Below are positions 13,122 through 25,370 of a stretch of DNA of 64,000 nt, one piece after another. How positions within the stretch are numbered: the stretch's first letter is position 1; each line of letters opens with the position of its first letter. The translations under genes and the position numbers were made by a program. The DNA comes from Euprymna scolopes (Eukaryota). Under the pieces are notes generated by a model. The model did not search any database and was not told the DNA's origin. It was given only the letters and a program-made list of their open reading frames with translations. Where the stretch lies: assembly GCA_053919585.1 (NCBI GenBank), contig CM132789.1; one strand, written 5' to 3'.

Positions 13122-16100
13122 TAGTCCAGTCAATCTAGCTCACTTTTTGGCTCAACCTCAAACAAATTGCTTACAAAGGTTTTTAAATTACATTATGGGC
13201 AAGTATATCTCCTCTTTCAGATAAAAAAAAGTTTACCAAAATTGACCTTGCGGAAAGGGGTCAACGACCGCCATCTTTAAAGGGTCCCTCGGATTCTAGT
13301 TTCCCTCTCTCAACTCAATTATTGTAAGGATATCTTATAAAATAACAAATATATCAATGTGAAATTTGATAAACCAACAGTTTTCATGTAGTTGGATATA
13401 ATTATAAACTCATAGGTTTGGTTTTATTTGATTTTGGTTTACGGCATATCAACCCTTTTAGATTATTTGATACTAGTCCAGTCAATCTAGCTGTTTTTTT
13501 TGTCTCAACCTCATATAAATTGCTAACAGAGGTTTTTAAATTGCATTGTGGGCAGGAATTACTCCTCTTTTAGATAAAAAAAGTTTATTAAAATTAACCT
13601 CGGAGAAAGGGGCCAACGGACGCCATCTTTAAAGGGTCCCTCCGATTCTAGTCTCAATTACTGTAAGTATTCTTTTTTTTATTAGCCGCACCTGCTTGCC
13701 GTCCCTGGTCGAAAACAAGCAATAAATTATTTTAATATTCTGGTGGTCATAAACCTGGTGCATGTAGGCTGTGGTACTGGTCAGGTCTAAGCAATCTCTC
13801 TCTCCCATAAAAAAAAGTTTATTAAAATTAACCTTGGATAAACGGGTCAACGGCCGCCATATTTAAAGGGTCGCTCCGATTCTAGTCTTCCTCTCTTAAC
13901 TCAATTACTGTATAGTCCAGTCTTTGGTGTTGTGGCTGAACTGAAAACAAATTGCTAACAAAGGTTTTTAACTTGCATTGTGGGTGCAGAAATATCTCCT
14001 CTTTCATATAAAAAAAAAGTTTACCAAAATTAGCCTTGGGGAAAGAGGTCAACGGCCGCCACTTTTAAATCATTTGGGCCCTGTCGTAAAATGCGATAAC
14101 TAGCGAAAAGGATGATACGCAAAATTAACAATTACCATAATGTAAAAGGACAAAATATCGACTGTGTCATCTTTTTTGATAAATCGCCAAGGCCTGAGTC
14201 TAAAGGGTTAAAATTCAACTTAACAGTATTAAAATTTCGATGCATAAAATTCCTGACAAGTATGTCCATTAAAACAATTAATTACAAAAATAATCATTTT
14301 TGCTGACAAAAAACCTTTATTAAATTACACAGAACAAGTTTATGAACGGACCAAAGAACATTTCTTGTCAANNNNNNNNNNNNNNNNNNNNNNNNNNNNN
14401 NNNNNNNNNNNNNNNNNNNNNNNNNNNNNNNNNNNNNNNNNNNNNNNNNNNNNNNNNNNNNNNNNNNNNNNNNNNNNNNNNNNNNNNNNNNNNNNNNNNN
14501 NNNNNNNNNNNNNNNNNNNNNNNNNNNNNNNNTGGTGCAATGGAGGCCTTTGCAATATCCACACAAGTTTGAACAGTGAATGCTATGTTTCCTGCAACTG
14601 CATCTTCCTGTAGTACACCCTGAAGTACAGTTACACCTAATTATAGCCAACAAATTTACAGGGCCAGGTGGTAAGTCAGTCTTAACTGGTTGTAATTTAC
14701 CATCTGAAAGTGTCCATCCCCACTCGTCAGGTTTTAGCTGGTTTCTACCTTTCCATTCCTGAATTTGAAAGTAAACTCAAAGGCTGTGGAATTTCGTAGC
14801 TGCTCTTGTCGGTGGCAATGATTTGGCCTCAACATACTTTGAGCTATTTGCAACCTTTTCCTTAAAGCGCCTCAGTCGAAGATGATTGATGTTTTCCCCA
14901 TCATTACCATTGTATAGGCACACTAAAGCCTTCTCCCCAGCTTCAATAATCTCTTCTGCACTACTGTCTTTGCCAAACACTTTAGCCAGTTCGAGGAAGT
15001 TTCTATTGTTCATCACCTTTCGGAGGGATGCTGCCTTCCCAATTCCATGAACACTGGATGTAGAATCACAACCCAGTAGTGCATGAATGAAAAGAATGTT
15101 GGAAAAGACCGCATCTCCCAATGATTTCCTCACCTCTTTGATGTTCCAGACTTTCACTCTTTTTTCACTAGCTTTTGGTTGTGACGTAAAGAAGATGTTG
15201 TAAATATAACTACTATTGGTATGATAACATAGAAGGACCAATAGGTCAGTGTCATCTGCTATCAAAATGGTTTCTCCTGTCTGTGCCAGTTCTAGAGTAG
15301 TCTTCACAATCAATACGTCAGCGTCTCCAGATGCATGGATTACTTTACAACCTGCTTCCTTCAAACTCTTTCCCAGCAAGTTGATAAACAATTGTTTGTT
15401 TTGTTTAGCAAGGAAGACATCCTTTTTTAATTTGAACACCATGAAAGGAGTCAGTGACAAATTAACTCCAACAAACCCCCCTGCTCGGCGTCGGTGAGTT
15501 GAGTCCTTAATGGATGGGCCACTTTCATATCCATCAAAGACAACACATGCTTTTCTATATCTATTTGTGACATATCTACAGTATTGGTCACAGATCTCAT
15601 TAAATGTGCGACCTTTTTACAAAGGGAGGCGCTGAAGTAGTGCTCCACCATCTAAGAGATACTGTGGATTTGATGACTGTGGACCTGATTGTACATGAGA
15701 AGTCAGTTCCCATATAGCGTCCGCCAAAGCAGATTTTTTTGCCTGTCGCAGTAATCCAAAATAATCAAGAAGAGCAGGTGGGTAACCACACAGCTCATAT
15801 TGAAAATGTTCTTGCTGCTCCTGGGTTGAGGGTTCATTATTAGATAGCACACACAGTCTCTGGAATAGGAGTTGTGAATCAGTCTCAACAGTTTCATCTT
15901 TGCTGAGTGAAACTTTTGATCCAAGTGTAATTGCTTGATCCTTTTTTTTTAAGTGTACTCTTGTACATTTTCTCCAGCTATTGCAGCTATGATTGCCTCT
16001 CCTATGGAGTTTACTCTGTCCACATTCACCTTTTTGTCTCCAGTTACTCCACTTGAAATGCTGTGAATGGACAGATCTTCCGTGAAAGGGTCATATGTCT

Positions 16101-17911
16101 GGAGAAACGCAAGGACCTTCCATGTATCCCTCACATCACGCTCTTTTCTTGCTGAAGTAGCCTCTTGATGCTGGTCACTGGTGCCATAATGAATGCCTGC
16201 TAGTTTTTGCATTGTAAACTTGATTTCTGCGCATGCTGGCAGTGATAGGCGTCCAAACCAATCGTTGAATTTCATCCATTCCTCTGCCATGAGTCAGGCC
16301 TCCAGACGTCTTTAGGCTTCTCATTAGCACCTGTTCAATAACCAGATCCGTTGACAAGCCAGCCCAGTAGCGATCACTCCGTCTAATCACATGGACTCCT
16401 TCCGAAAATTTCTGGTATACTTTAGGGTGGGTTTTTGGCAGACCCTCCATTTGCTGCAAATACAGATACGCCGACTTTGCATATAGGATGTGTCTTGCTG
16501 CAGCAAATCTTGGCAGCATTTTGCTAACAGCATCAAGGTGCAATTCCCAGTTCCCGGTGCGCTCTGCTTTGATAAACAGTTGCAGGCTCTTCACCTTATA
16601 AAGGTATTGAATCCACAATTTTGCTGTTCGCTGCTCAACCATCGCATCCTTCACATAGTTGATTTTCTGGGTAATCCTGGTTACAGACTCTGAAGACAGA
16701 ACATTATCCAATCTCTCAGTCCCACCAAGGAGACCTATCAATAGCCCCTGAGCTTCTTTAAGGTCTTCATTTTGATGAAATGACTTCTGCATCAGTGTTG
16801 GGTTGATCATGCTCAGTGACATGTGAAACTGGCAAATCATAGGCTTTTGCTAATAAAATAGCATTCAGAGCAGCAGCAACTAAAAAGTGAGCACGAGTGG
16901 CTCTTGCAATTGCTTTACCACTTAGCATGTGGTTGACTGTGTTTTCAGCATAAACAAGTTCAAAAATGTTTTGCAAACCAGAACCTTTCATCAAATGCGG
17001 CTAATAAGTTTCATCAGGTGCGGCTAATAAAAAAAGAATACGTACAGTAATTGAGACTAGAATCGGAGGGACCCTTTAAAGATGGCGTCCGTTGACCCCT
17101 TTCTCCGAGGTTAATTTCAATAAAAAAATTTTATATGAAAGAGGAGTAATTCCTGCCCACAATGAAATTTAAAAACCTCTGTTAGCAATTTATATGAGGT
17201 TGAGACAAAAAAAAACAACTAGATTGACAGGACTAGTATCAAATAATCTAAAAGGGTTGATATGCCGAAAACCAACATCAAATAAAACCAAACCAATGAG
17301 TTCATAATTATAATCGAACTTCATGAAAACTGTTGATTTATAAAATTTCAGATTGATACATTTGTAAATTTTGAAGATATCCTTACAATAATTGAGTTGA
17401 GAGAGGGAAACTAGAATCGGGGGGACCCTTTAAAGATGGCGGTCGTTGACCCCTTTCCGCAAGGTCAATTTTGGTAAACTTTTTTTTATTTGAAAGAGAT
17501 ATTCTCTCGCACAAGGCAATTTAAAAACCTTTGTTAGCAATTTATTTGAGATTGAGACAAAAAAAAAACACAGCTAGATTGACTGGACTAGTATCAAATA
17601 ATCTAAAAGGGTTGATATGCCGTAAAACAAAATCAAATAAAACCAAATCAACTTCATGAAAACTGTTGATTTATAAAATTTCAGATTGATACATTTGTAA
17701 TTTTTAAAGATATACTTACAATAATTAAGTTGAGAGAGAGAAACTAGAATCCGAGGGACCCTTTAAAGATGGCGGTTGTTGACCCCTTTCCGCAAGGTCA
17801 ATTTTAGTAAACTTTTTTTTATCTGACAGAGGAGATATTCTTGCCAATAATGCAATTTACAAACCTTTGTTAGCAATTTGTTTAAGGTTCAGCCACAATT
17901 TGACTGGACTA
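13122..17911 (-). mobile_element. Academ (AcademX-type) DNA transposon, internally deleted
   Basis: Termini TAGTCCAGTCAA (13122) and TTGACTGGACTA (17911); TAT duplicated at 13119-13121 and 17912-17914; long inverted terminal repeats (13122-13695 versus 17015-17911); internal gene with Academ transposase, XPG-like and Cys-rich motifs. Confidence 0.9.
14533..16997 (-). pseudogene. Academ transposase / XPG(FEN1)-like nuclease / CXC zinc-cluster polyprotein, 5'-deleted, with about 5 frameshifts and 2 premature stops
   Basis: Motifs in order: GSGL...HMLSGKAIARATRAH; ERTGNWELHL...MLP.FAAA.H..YAKSAYLYLQ; DLVIEQVLMRSLKTSGGLTHGRG; YELCGYPPAL; LDGGALL; VFDGY; GDADVLI; DDTDLLVLL; LLGCDSTS..HGIGK; LPPT; WGW; CNCTSGCTTGRCSCRKHSIHCSNLCGYC. 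Confidence 0.9.
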
Positions 17912-20900
17912 TATGCATACATATTTTATTTCATTGTTTATAAATATGCATGGGTATTTTATTTCATCGTTTATTAATATAAATGCGTATTTTATTTCAT
18001 TGCTCCTATGAATGGCTATTTTATTTCATTGTTTATTAATATGCATGCGTATTTTATTTCATCGTTTATTAATTTGTATGCGTATTTTATTTCATTGTTT
18101 ATAAATATGCCTGCGCATTTTATTTCATTGTTTATAACTATGCATGCGTATTTTATTTCATTGTTTATTAATATGCACGCGTATTTTATTTCATTGTTTA
18201 TTAATTCCATTGCGTATTTTATTTCATTGTTTATTAATATGCATGCGGATTTTATTTCTTCGTTTATTAATATGCAGTCTTATTTAATTTCATCGTTTAT
18301 AAATATGCATGCGTATTTAATTATTTCTTTATCAATATGCATGCGTATTTTATTTCATTGTTTATTAATATTTCTGCATATTTTATTTCATCGTTTATTA
18401 CTATGCATGCTTATTTTTTTCACGGTTTATTAATATACATGCGTATTTTATTTCATCGTTTATTAATATGCAAGCATATTTTATTTCATTGTTTATTAAT
18501 ATGAATCAGTATTTTTCATTGTTTATTAATATGCATCCGTATTTTATTTCATTGTTTATAAACATGCATGCGTATTTTATAACATTTTTATTAATATGCA
18601 TGCGTATTTTATTTCATTGTTTATTGATATGCATGCTAATTTTATTTCACTGTTTATTAATGTGCATGCGTATTCTATTTCATCGTTTATTGAAATGCAT
18701 GCTTATTTAATGTCATCGTTTATTAATATACATGCGTATTTAATTAATTGTTTATTAATATGCATGCGTATTGTATTTACTTGTTTATTGGAATGCATGC
18801 GTATTTTATTTCATTGTTTATTAATATGTCTGCATATTTTATTTCATCGTTTATTAATATGCATGCATATTTTATTTAACGGTTTATTAATATGCATGCA
18901 TATTTTATTTAACTGTTATTAATATGCATGCGTATGATATATTATACTTTATTAATATGTAATCATATCTTATTTCATTGCTTATTAATATAAATGCATA
19001 TTTTTTCATTGTTTATTAATATGCATCCGTACTTTTTTCATTGTTTATAAATATGCATGCGTATTTTATTACATTTTTTTATTAATATTTATTGATGTGC
19101 CTTCATATTTTATATCATTGTTTATTAATATGCATGCGTATTTTATGTCCTGGTGAATTCATATGCATGCTTGTTTTATTTCATCGTTTATTGATATGCA
19201 TGCTTGTTTTATTTCATTGTTTATCAATATGGGTGCGTATTTTATTTCATCGTTTATTAATATGCATGCGTATTTTATGGTATTGTTTATTCACCTGCAT
19301 GCCAATTTTATTTAATTGTTTATTGGATCGCATGCGTATTTATCTTCATTGTTCATAAATATGCATGCGTATTTTATTACATTTTTTATTAATATTTATT
19401 GATGTGCCTTCATATTTCATACTATTGTTTATTAATATGCATGCGTATTTTATGTCCTGGTGTATTCATATGCATGCTTGTTTTATTTCATCGTTTATTG
19501 ATATGCATGCTTGTTTTATTTCATTGCTTATCAATAAGGGTGCGTATTTTATTTCATCGTTTATTAATATGCATACGTATTTTATTGCATTGTTAATTAA
19601 CCTGCATGCAAATTTTATTTAATTGTTTATTGGATCGCATGCGTATTTTACTTCATTGTTTATAAATATGCATGCGCATTTTATTTCATTGTTTATTAAT
19701 ATGCATCCGTATTTTATTTCATTTTTTATAAATATGCATGCGTATTTTATTTCATTGTTTATCAATATTCATCCGTATTGTATTTCATTGTTTATAAATA
19801 TGCATGCGTATTTTATTTCATTGTTTTTTGATATGCACACGTAGTTTAGTATATTGTTTATGGATATGCATGCTTTTTTATTTTATTGTATATTTTATCA
19901 TTTATTAATATGCGGTCGTATTTTATTTCATCTTTTTTTGTATATGCATGCTTATGTTTTTTAATTGTATATTTTCATCGTTTATTAATATGCAGTCGTA
20001 TTTTATTTCATCTTTTTTTATATGCATGCGTATTTTATTTCATCTTTTATTGATATGCATGCGTATTTTATTTCATCGATTACTGATATTCATCGTATTT
20101 CATTTCATTGTATAATAATAGACATGTGTATTTTATTTCATATTTTATTAATATGCAGACGTTTTTATTTCATCGTTTATTGATATGCAGACGTTTTTAT
20201 TTCATCGTTTATTAATATGCATGCGTATGTTATTTCATCGTTTATTAATATGAATGCGTATTTTATTTTATCGTTTATAAATATGCATGCGTTTTATTTC
20301 ATTGTTTATTAAAATGCATGCGTATTTTATTTCATTGTTTATTAATATGCATTCTTATTTTATTTCATTGTTTATTAAAATGCTTGCTTATTTTATTTCA
20401 TCGTTCATTGATGTGCCTTTTTGTTTTATTTCATTGTTTATTAATATGCATGCGTATGTTATGTCATCGTTTATTGATATGCATTGTTATTGTATTTACT
20501 TGTTTATTAATATGCATGAAATTTTATTTCATTGTTTATTAATGTGCATGCGTATTTTATCTATCGTTTATTGAAATGCATGCTTATTTAATTTCATCGT
20601 TTATTAATATGCATGCGTATTTTATTAATTGTTTATTTATATGCATGCGTATATTATTTCATTGTTTATTGATATGCATGCGTATTTAATTTCATTGTTT
20701 ATTAATATGTCTGCATATTTTATATCATCGTTCATTAATATGCATGCTTATTTTATTTCACGGTTTATTAATATGCATGCGTATTTTCTTTCATTGTTTA
20801 TTGGATTGCATGCGTATTTGATGTCATTATTTATAAATGTTATTTTATCGTTTATTAATATGAATGCGTATTTTATTTCATCGTTTATAAATATGCATGC

Positions 20901-23900
20901 GTATTCTATTTCATTGTTGATAAATATTCATGCGTATTTTGTTTATTTGTTTAATCATATGCATTCTTGTTTTATTACATCGTTTATTCACATTTAAGAT
21001 GCATGTGTATTTTATTTCATTGTTTATTTATATACATGCGTATTTTATTTCATTGTTTATCAATATGCATCCGTATTTATTTCGTTGTTTATAAATATGC
21101 ATGCGTATTTTATTTCATTGTTTATAAATATGAATGCGTATTTTTTTCATTTTTTATTGATATGCATGCGTATTTTATTTCATTGTTTATTCATTCGAAT
21201 TCGTACTTTATTTAATCGTTTATTGGTATGCATGCGTATTTCATCTCATTGTTTAATAATATGCATGCTTATTTTATTTGATCGTTTATTGGACTGAATG
21301 CGTATTCTATTTCATCGTTTATTAATATACATGCTTATTTTGTTTCATTGTTGCTAATATGCATGCGTGTTTTTTCATTGTGTATTGATATGGTTTCTAA
21401 TATTGTTTCACCCTTTTTAATATGCATGCGTATTTATTTCTTCGTTTATTAATATGCGCCCGTATTTTATTTCATCGTTTATTTAAATGAATTCGTATTT
21501 TATGTCATTGTGTATTAATAGGCATTGTTTTATTTCATGTTTTATTAATATGCATGCGTATTTTATTTCATCGTTTATTGAAATGCATGCGTATTTTATT
21601 TCATTGTTTATTGATATACATGCGTATTTTATTTCATCATTTATTTATATGCATGCTTGTTTTATTTGATTGTTTGTTAATATGCACGCGTATTTTAGTA
21701 CATTGTTTATGGATATGCATGCGTATTTTATTTAATTGTTTATTTATATGCATGCGTATATTATTTCATTGTTTATTGATATGCATGCTTATTTTATTAC
21801 CAATGTTTTTGGATATCCACGCTTATTTTATTTCATTGTTTATTGATATGCATTCTTCTCTTTTGTCATTGTTTTTTATATGCATTCTTTTTTATTTTAT
21901 CGTTTATTACTATGCAGTCGTATTTTATTTCATCTTATGTTGCTATGCATGCGTATTTCATTTAATTTTTTTATTCATATGCATGCTTATTTTATTTCAT
22001 CGTTAATGAATATGCAGTTGTATTTTATTTCAATGCTTATATATATGCATGCGTATTTTATTGCACCGTTTATTAATATGAATGCGATACTTATTTCATC
22101 TTTTTTTAATATGCATCCGTATTTTATTTCCTCGTCTATTAATATGTATGCATATTTTATTTCATCGTTTATTTATATGCACGCGTATTTTATTTCATTT
22201 TTAGTAATATACATGCGTATTTTATTTCACCGTTTATTAATATGCATGCGTATTTTATTTCATTGTTAATTAATATGCATGAGTATTTTATTTCATCGTT
22301 TTTTAGTATGCATGCGTATTGCATTTCATCGTTTATGATTATGCATGCGTATTTTATTTCATCGATTATTAATATGCATGCGTATTTTATTTCATCGTTT
22401 ATTAATATGCATGCGTATTTTATTTCATCGTTTATATATATGCGTGCGTATGTTATTTAATCGTTTATTGATATGCGTGCGTATTTTATTTAATCGATTA
22501 TTGATATGCATGCGTATTATATTTCATCGTTTGTTTATATGCGTGCGTATTTTACTTAATTATGTATTGATATGCATGCGTATTTTATTTCATCGTTTAT
22601 TAATATGCATGCGTATTTTATTTCATCATTTATTAATATGCATGCGTATTTTATTTCATCGTTTATTAATATGCATGCGTATTTTATTTCATCGTTTATT
22701 AATATGCATGCGTATTTTATTTCATTGTGCATTGATATGCATGCGTATTTTATTTCATCGTTTATTAATATGCATGCGTATTTTATTTCATCGTTTATTA
22801 ATATGCATGCGTATTTTATTTCATCGTTTATTAATATGCATGCGTATTTTATTTCATCGTTTATTAATATGCATGCGTATTTCATTTCATCGTTTATTAA
22901 TATGCATGCGTATTTCATTTCATCGTTTATTAATATGCATGCGTATTTTATTTCATCGTTTATTAATATGCATGCGTATTTCATTTCATCGTTTATTAAT
23001 ATGCATGCGTATTTTATTTCATCGTTTATAAATATGCATGCGTATTTCATTTCATCGTTTATTAATATGCATGCGTATTTTATTTCATCGTTTATTAATA
23101 TGCATGCGTATTTTATTTCATCGTTTATTAATATGCATGCGTATTTCATTTCATCGTTTATTAATATGCATGCGTATTTCATTTCATCGTTTATTAATAT
23201 GCATGCGTATTTTATTTCATCGTTTATTAATATGCATGCGTATTTCATTTCATCGTTTATTAATATGCATGCGTATTTTATTTCATCGTTTATTAATATG
23301 CATGCGTATTTCATTTCATCGTTTATTAATATGCATGCGTATTTTACTTCATTATGTATTGATATGCATGCGTATTTTATTTCATCGTTTATTAATATGC
23401 ATGCGTATTTCATTTCATCGATGATTAATATGCATTCGTATTTTATTTCATCGTTTATTAATATGCATGCGTATTTTATTTCATCGATTATTGATATGCA
23501 TGCGTATTTTATTTCATCGTTTATTAATATGCATGCGTATTTTATTTCATCGATTATTGATATGCATGCGTATTTTATTTCATCGATTATTGATATGCAT
23601 GCGTATTTTATTTCATCATTTATTAATATGCATGCGTATTTTATTTCATCGATTATTGATATGCATGCGTATTTTATTTTATCGTTTATTGATATGCATG
23701 CGTATTTTATTTCATCGTTTATTAATATGCATGCGTATTTAATTTCATCGTTTATTAATATGCATGCGTATTTTATTTCATCGATTATTGATATGCATGC
23801 GTATTTTATTTCATCGATTATTGATATGCATGCGTATTTTATTTCATCGTTTATTAATATGCATGCGTATTTTATTTCATCGATTATTGATATGCATGCG

Positions 23901-25370
23901 TATTTTATTTCATCGATTATTGATAAGCATGCGTATTTTATTTCATCGATTATTGATATGCATGCGTATTTCATTTCATCGATTATTGATATGCATGCGT
24001 ATTTTATTTTATCGTGTATTGATATATATGTGTATTTTATTTCATCGTGTATTGATTTATTTCATCGTGTATTGCATGCGTATTTTATTTCATTGTTTAT
24101 TAATATGCATGAGTATTTTATGTCATCGGTTATTTATATGCATTGTTATTTTATTTAATTTTTTATTAATATGCACACGTATTTTAGTACATTGTTTATG
24201 GATATGCATGCTTATTTTATTTCATTGTATATTTTTATCATTTATTAATATGCATGCTTATTTTATTTCATTGTGTTTTGATATGCCTGCTTACTTTATT
24301 TCAATGTTTATTGATATGCACACTTCTCTTATGTCATTCTTTATTGATATGCATTCCTATGTTATTTTATCTTTTGTTGATATGCATGCGTATTTTATTT
24401 CATCGATTACTGATATTCATCGTATTTTATTTCATTGTTCATTAATAGGCATGCGTACTTTATTTAATCGTTTATTAATATGCATGCGTATTTTATTTCA
24501 TCGTTTAATAATTGGCCTTTCCTATTATATTTCATGTTTTATTGATATTCATGCGTATTTTATTTCATCGTTTATTAATATGCACACGTTTTTATTCCAT
24601 CGTTTATTGACATGCATGCGTATGTTATTTCATTGTTTATTAAAACGCATGCGTATTTTATTTCATTGTTTATTAATATCATTGCGTATTTTATTTCTTC
24701 GTGTATTAATATGCATGCGTATTTTATATCATTCTTTATTAATATGCAAGCATATTTTATTTCATTGTCTATTAATATGAATGCGTATTTTTTCATTGTT
24801 TATTAATATGCGTCCCTATTTTATTTCATTGTTTATAAACATGCATTATTATTTATATTTATATAAAAACGTGTGCATATTTATTAATATGCACACGTTT
24901 TTATTTCATCGTTTATTGATATGCATGCGTATTTTATTTCATCGTTTATTAATATGCATGCGTAATTTGTTTCATCGTTTATTGATATGCATGCGTATTT
25001 TATTTCATCGTTTATTAATATGCATGCGTAATTTGTTTCATCGTTTATTGATATGCATGCGTATTTTATTTCATCGTTTATTAATATGCATGCGTAATTT
25101 GTTTCATTGTTTATTGATATGCATGCGTATTTTATTTCATTCTTTAGTTATGTGCATGCGTATTTTATTTCATTTTTTATTGATATGCATGCGTATTTTA
25201 TTTCATCGTTTATTTATTTGCATGCGTATTTTAGTTCATCGTTTATTTATTTGCATGCGTATGTTTTTTTATGTTTAATTATATGCATGCGTATTTGCCT
25301 ACGGCGTTTATTGATATGCATACGTATTGTATTTCATTGTATATTGATATGCATACGTATTTTATTTTGA
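17912..25370. repeat. 33-bp satellite, main block (about 225 units) with a homogeneous core at about 22560-24000
   Basis: Same unit as the left block; near-perfect in the core, degenerate toward the edges. Confidence 0.98.

Noticed and set aside
14777-15460. Host XPG/FEN1/EXO1 DNA-repair gene
   Set aside because: It is intronless, frameshifted, fused to Academ transposase motifs and enclosed by TIRs with a TSD.
22345-24780. Long ORFs of 228-528 aa (MHAYFISSFIN and MRILFHRLLIC repeats) on both strands
   Set aside because: They are translations of a 33-bp satellite whose unit is a multiple of 3 and lacks stops in several frames. There is no unique sequence or other sign of a gene.
12333-25370. 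CRISPR-like appearance of a ~33-bp repeat next to a nuclease gene
   Set aside because: The units are contiguous with no unique spacers, the context is eukaryotic, and the nuclease belongs to an inserted transposon with a TSD.
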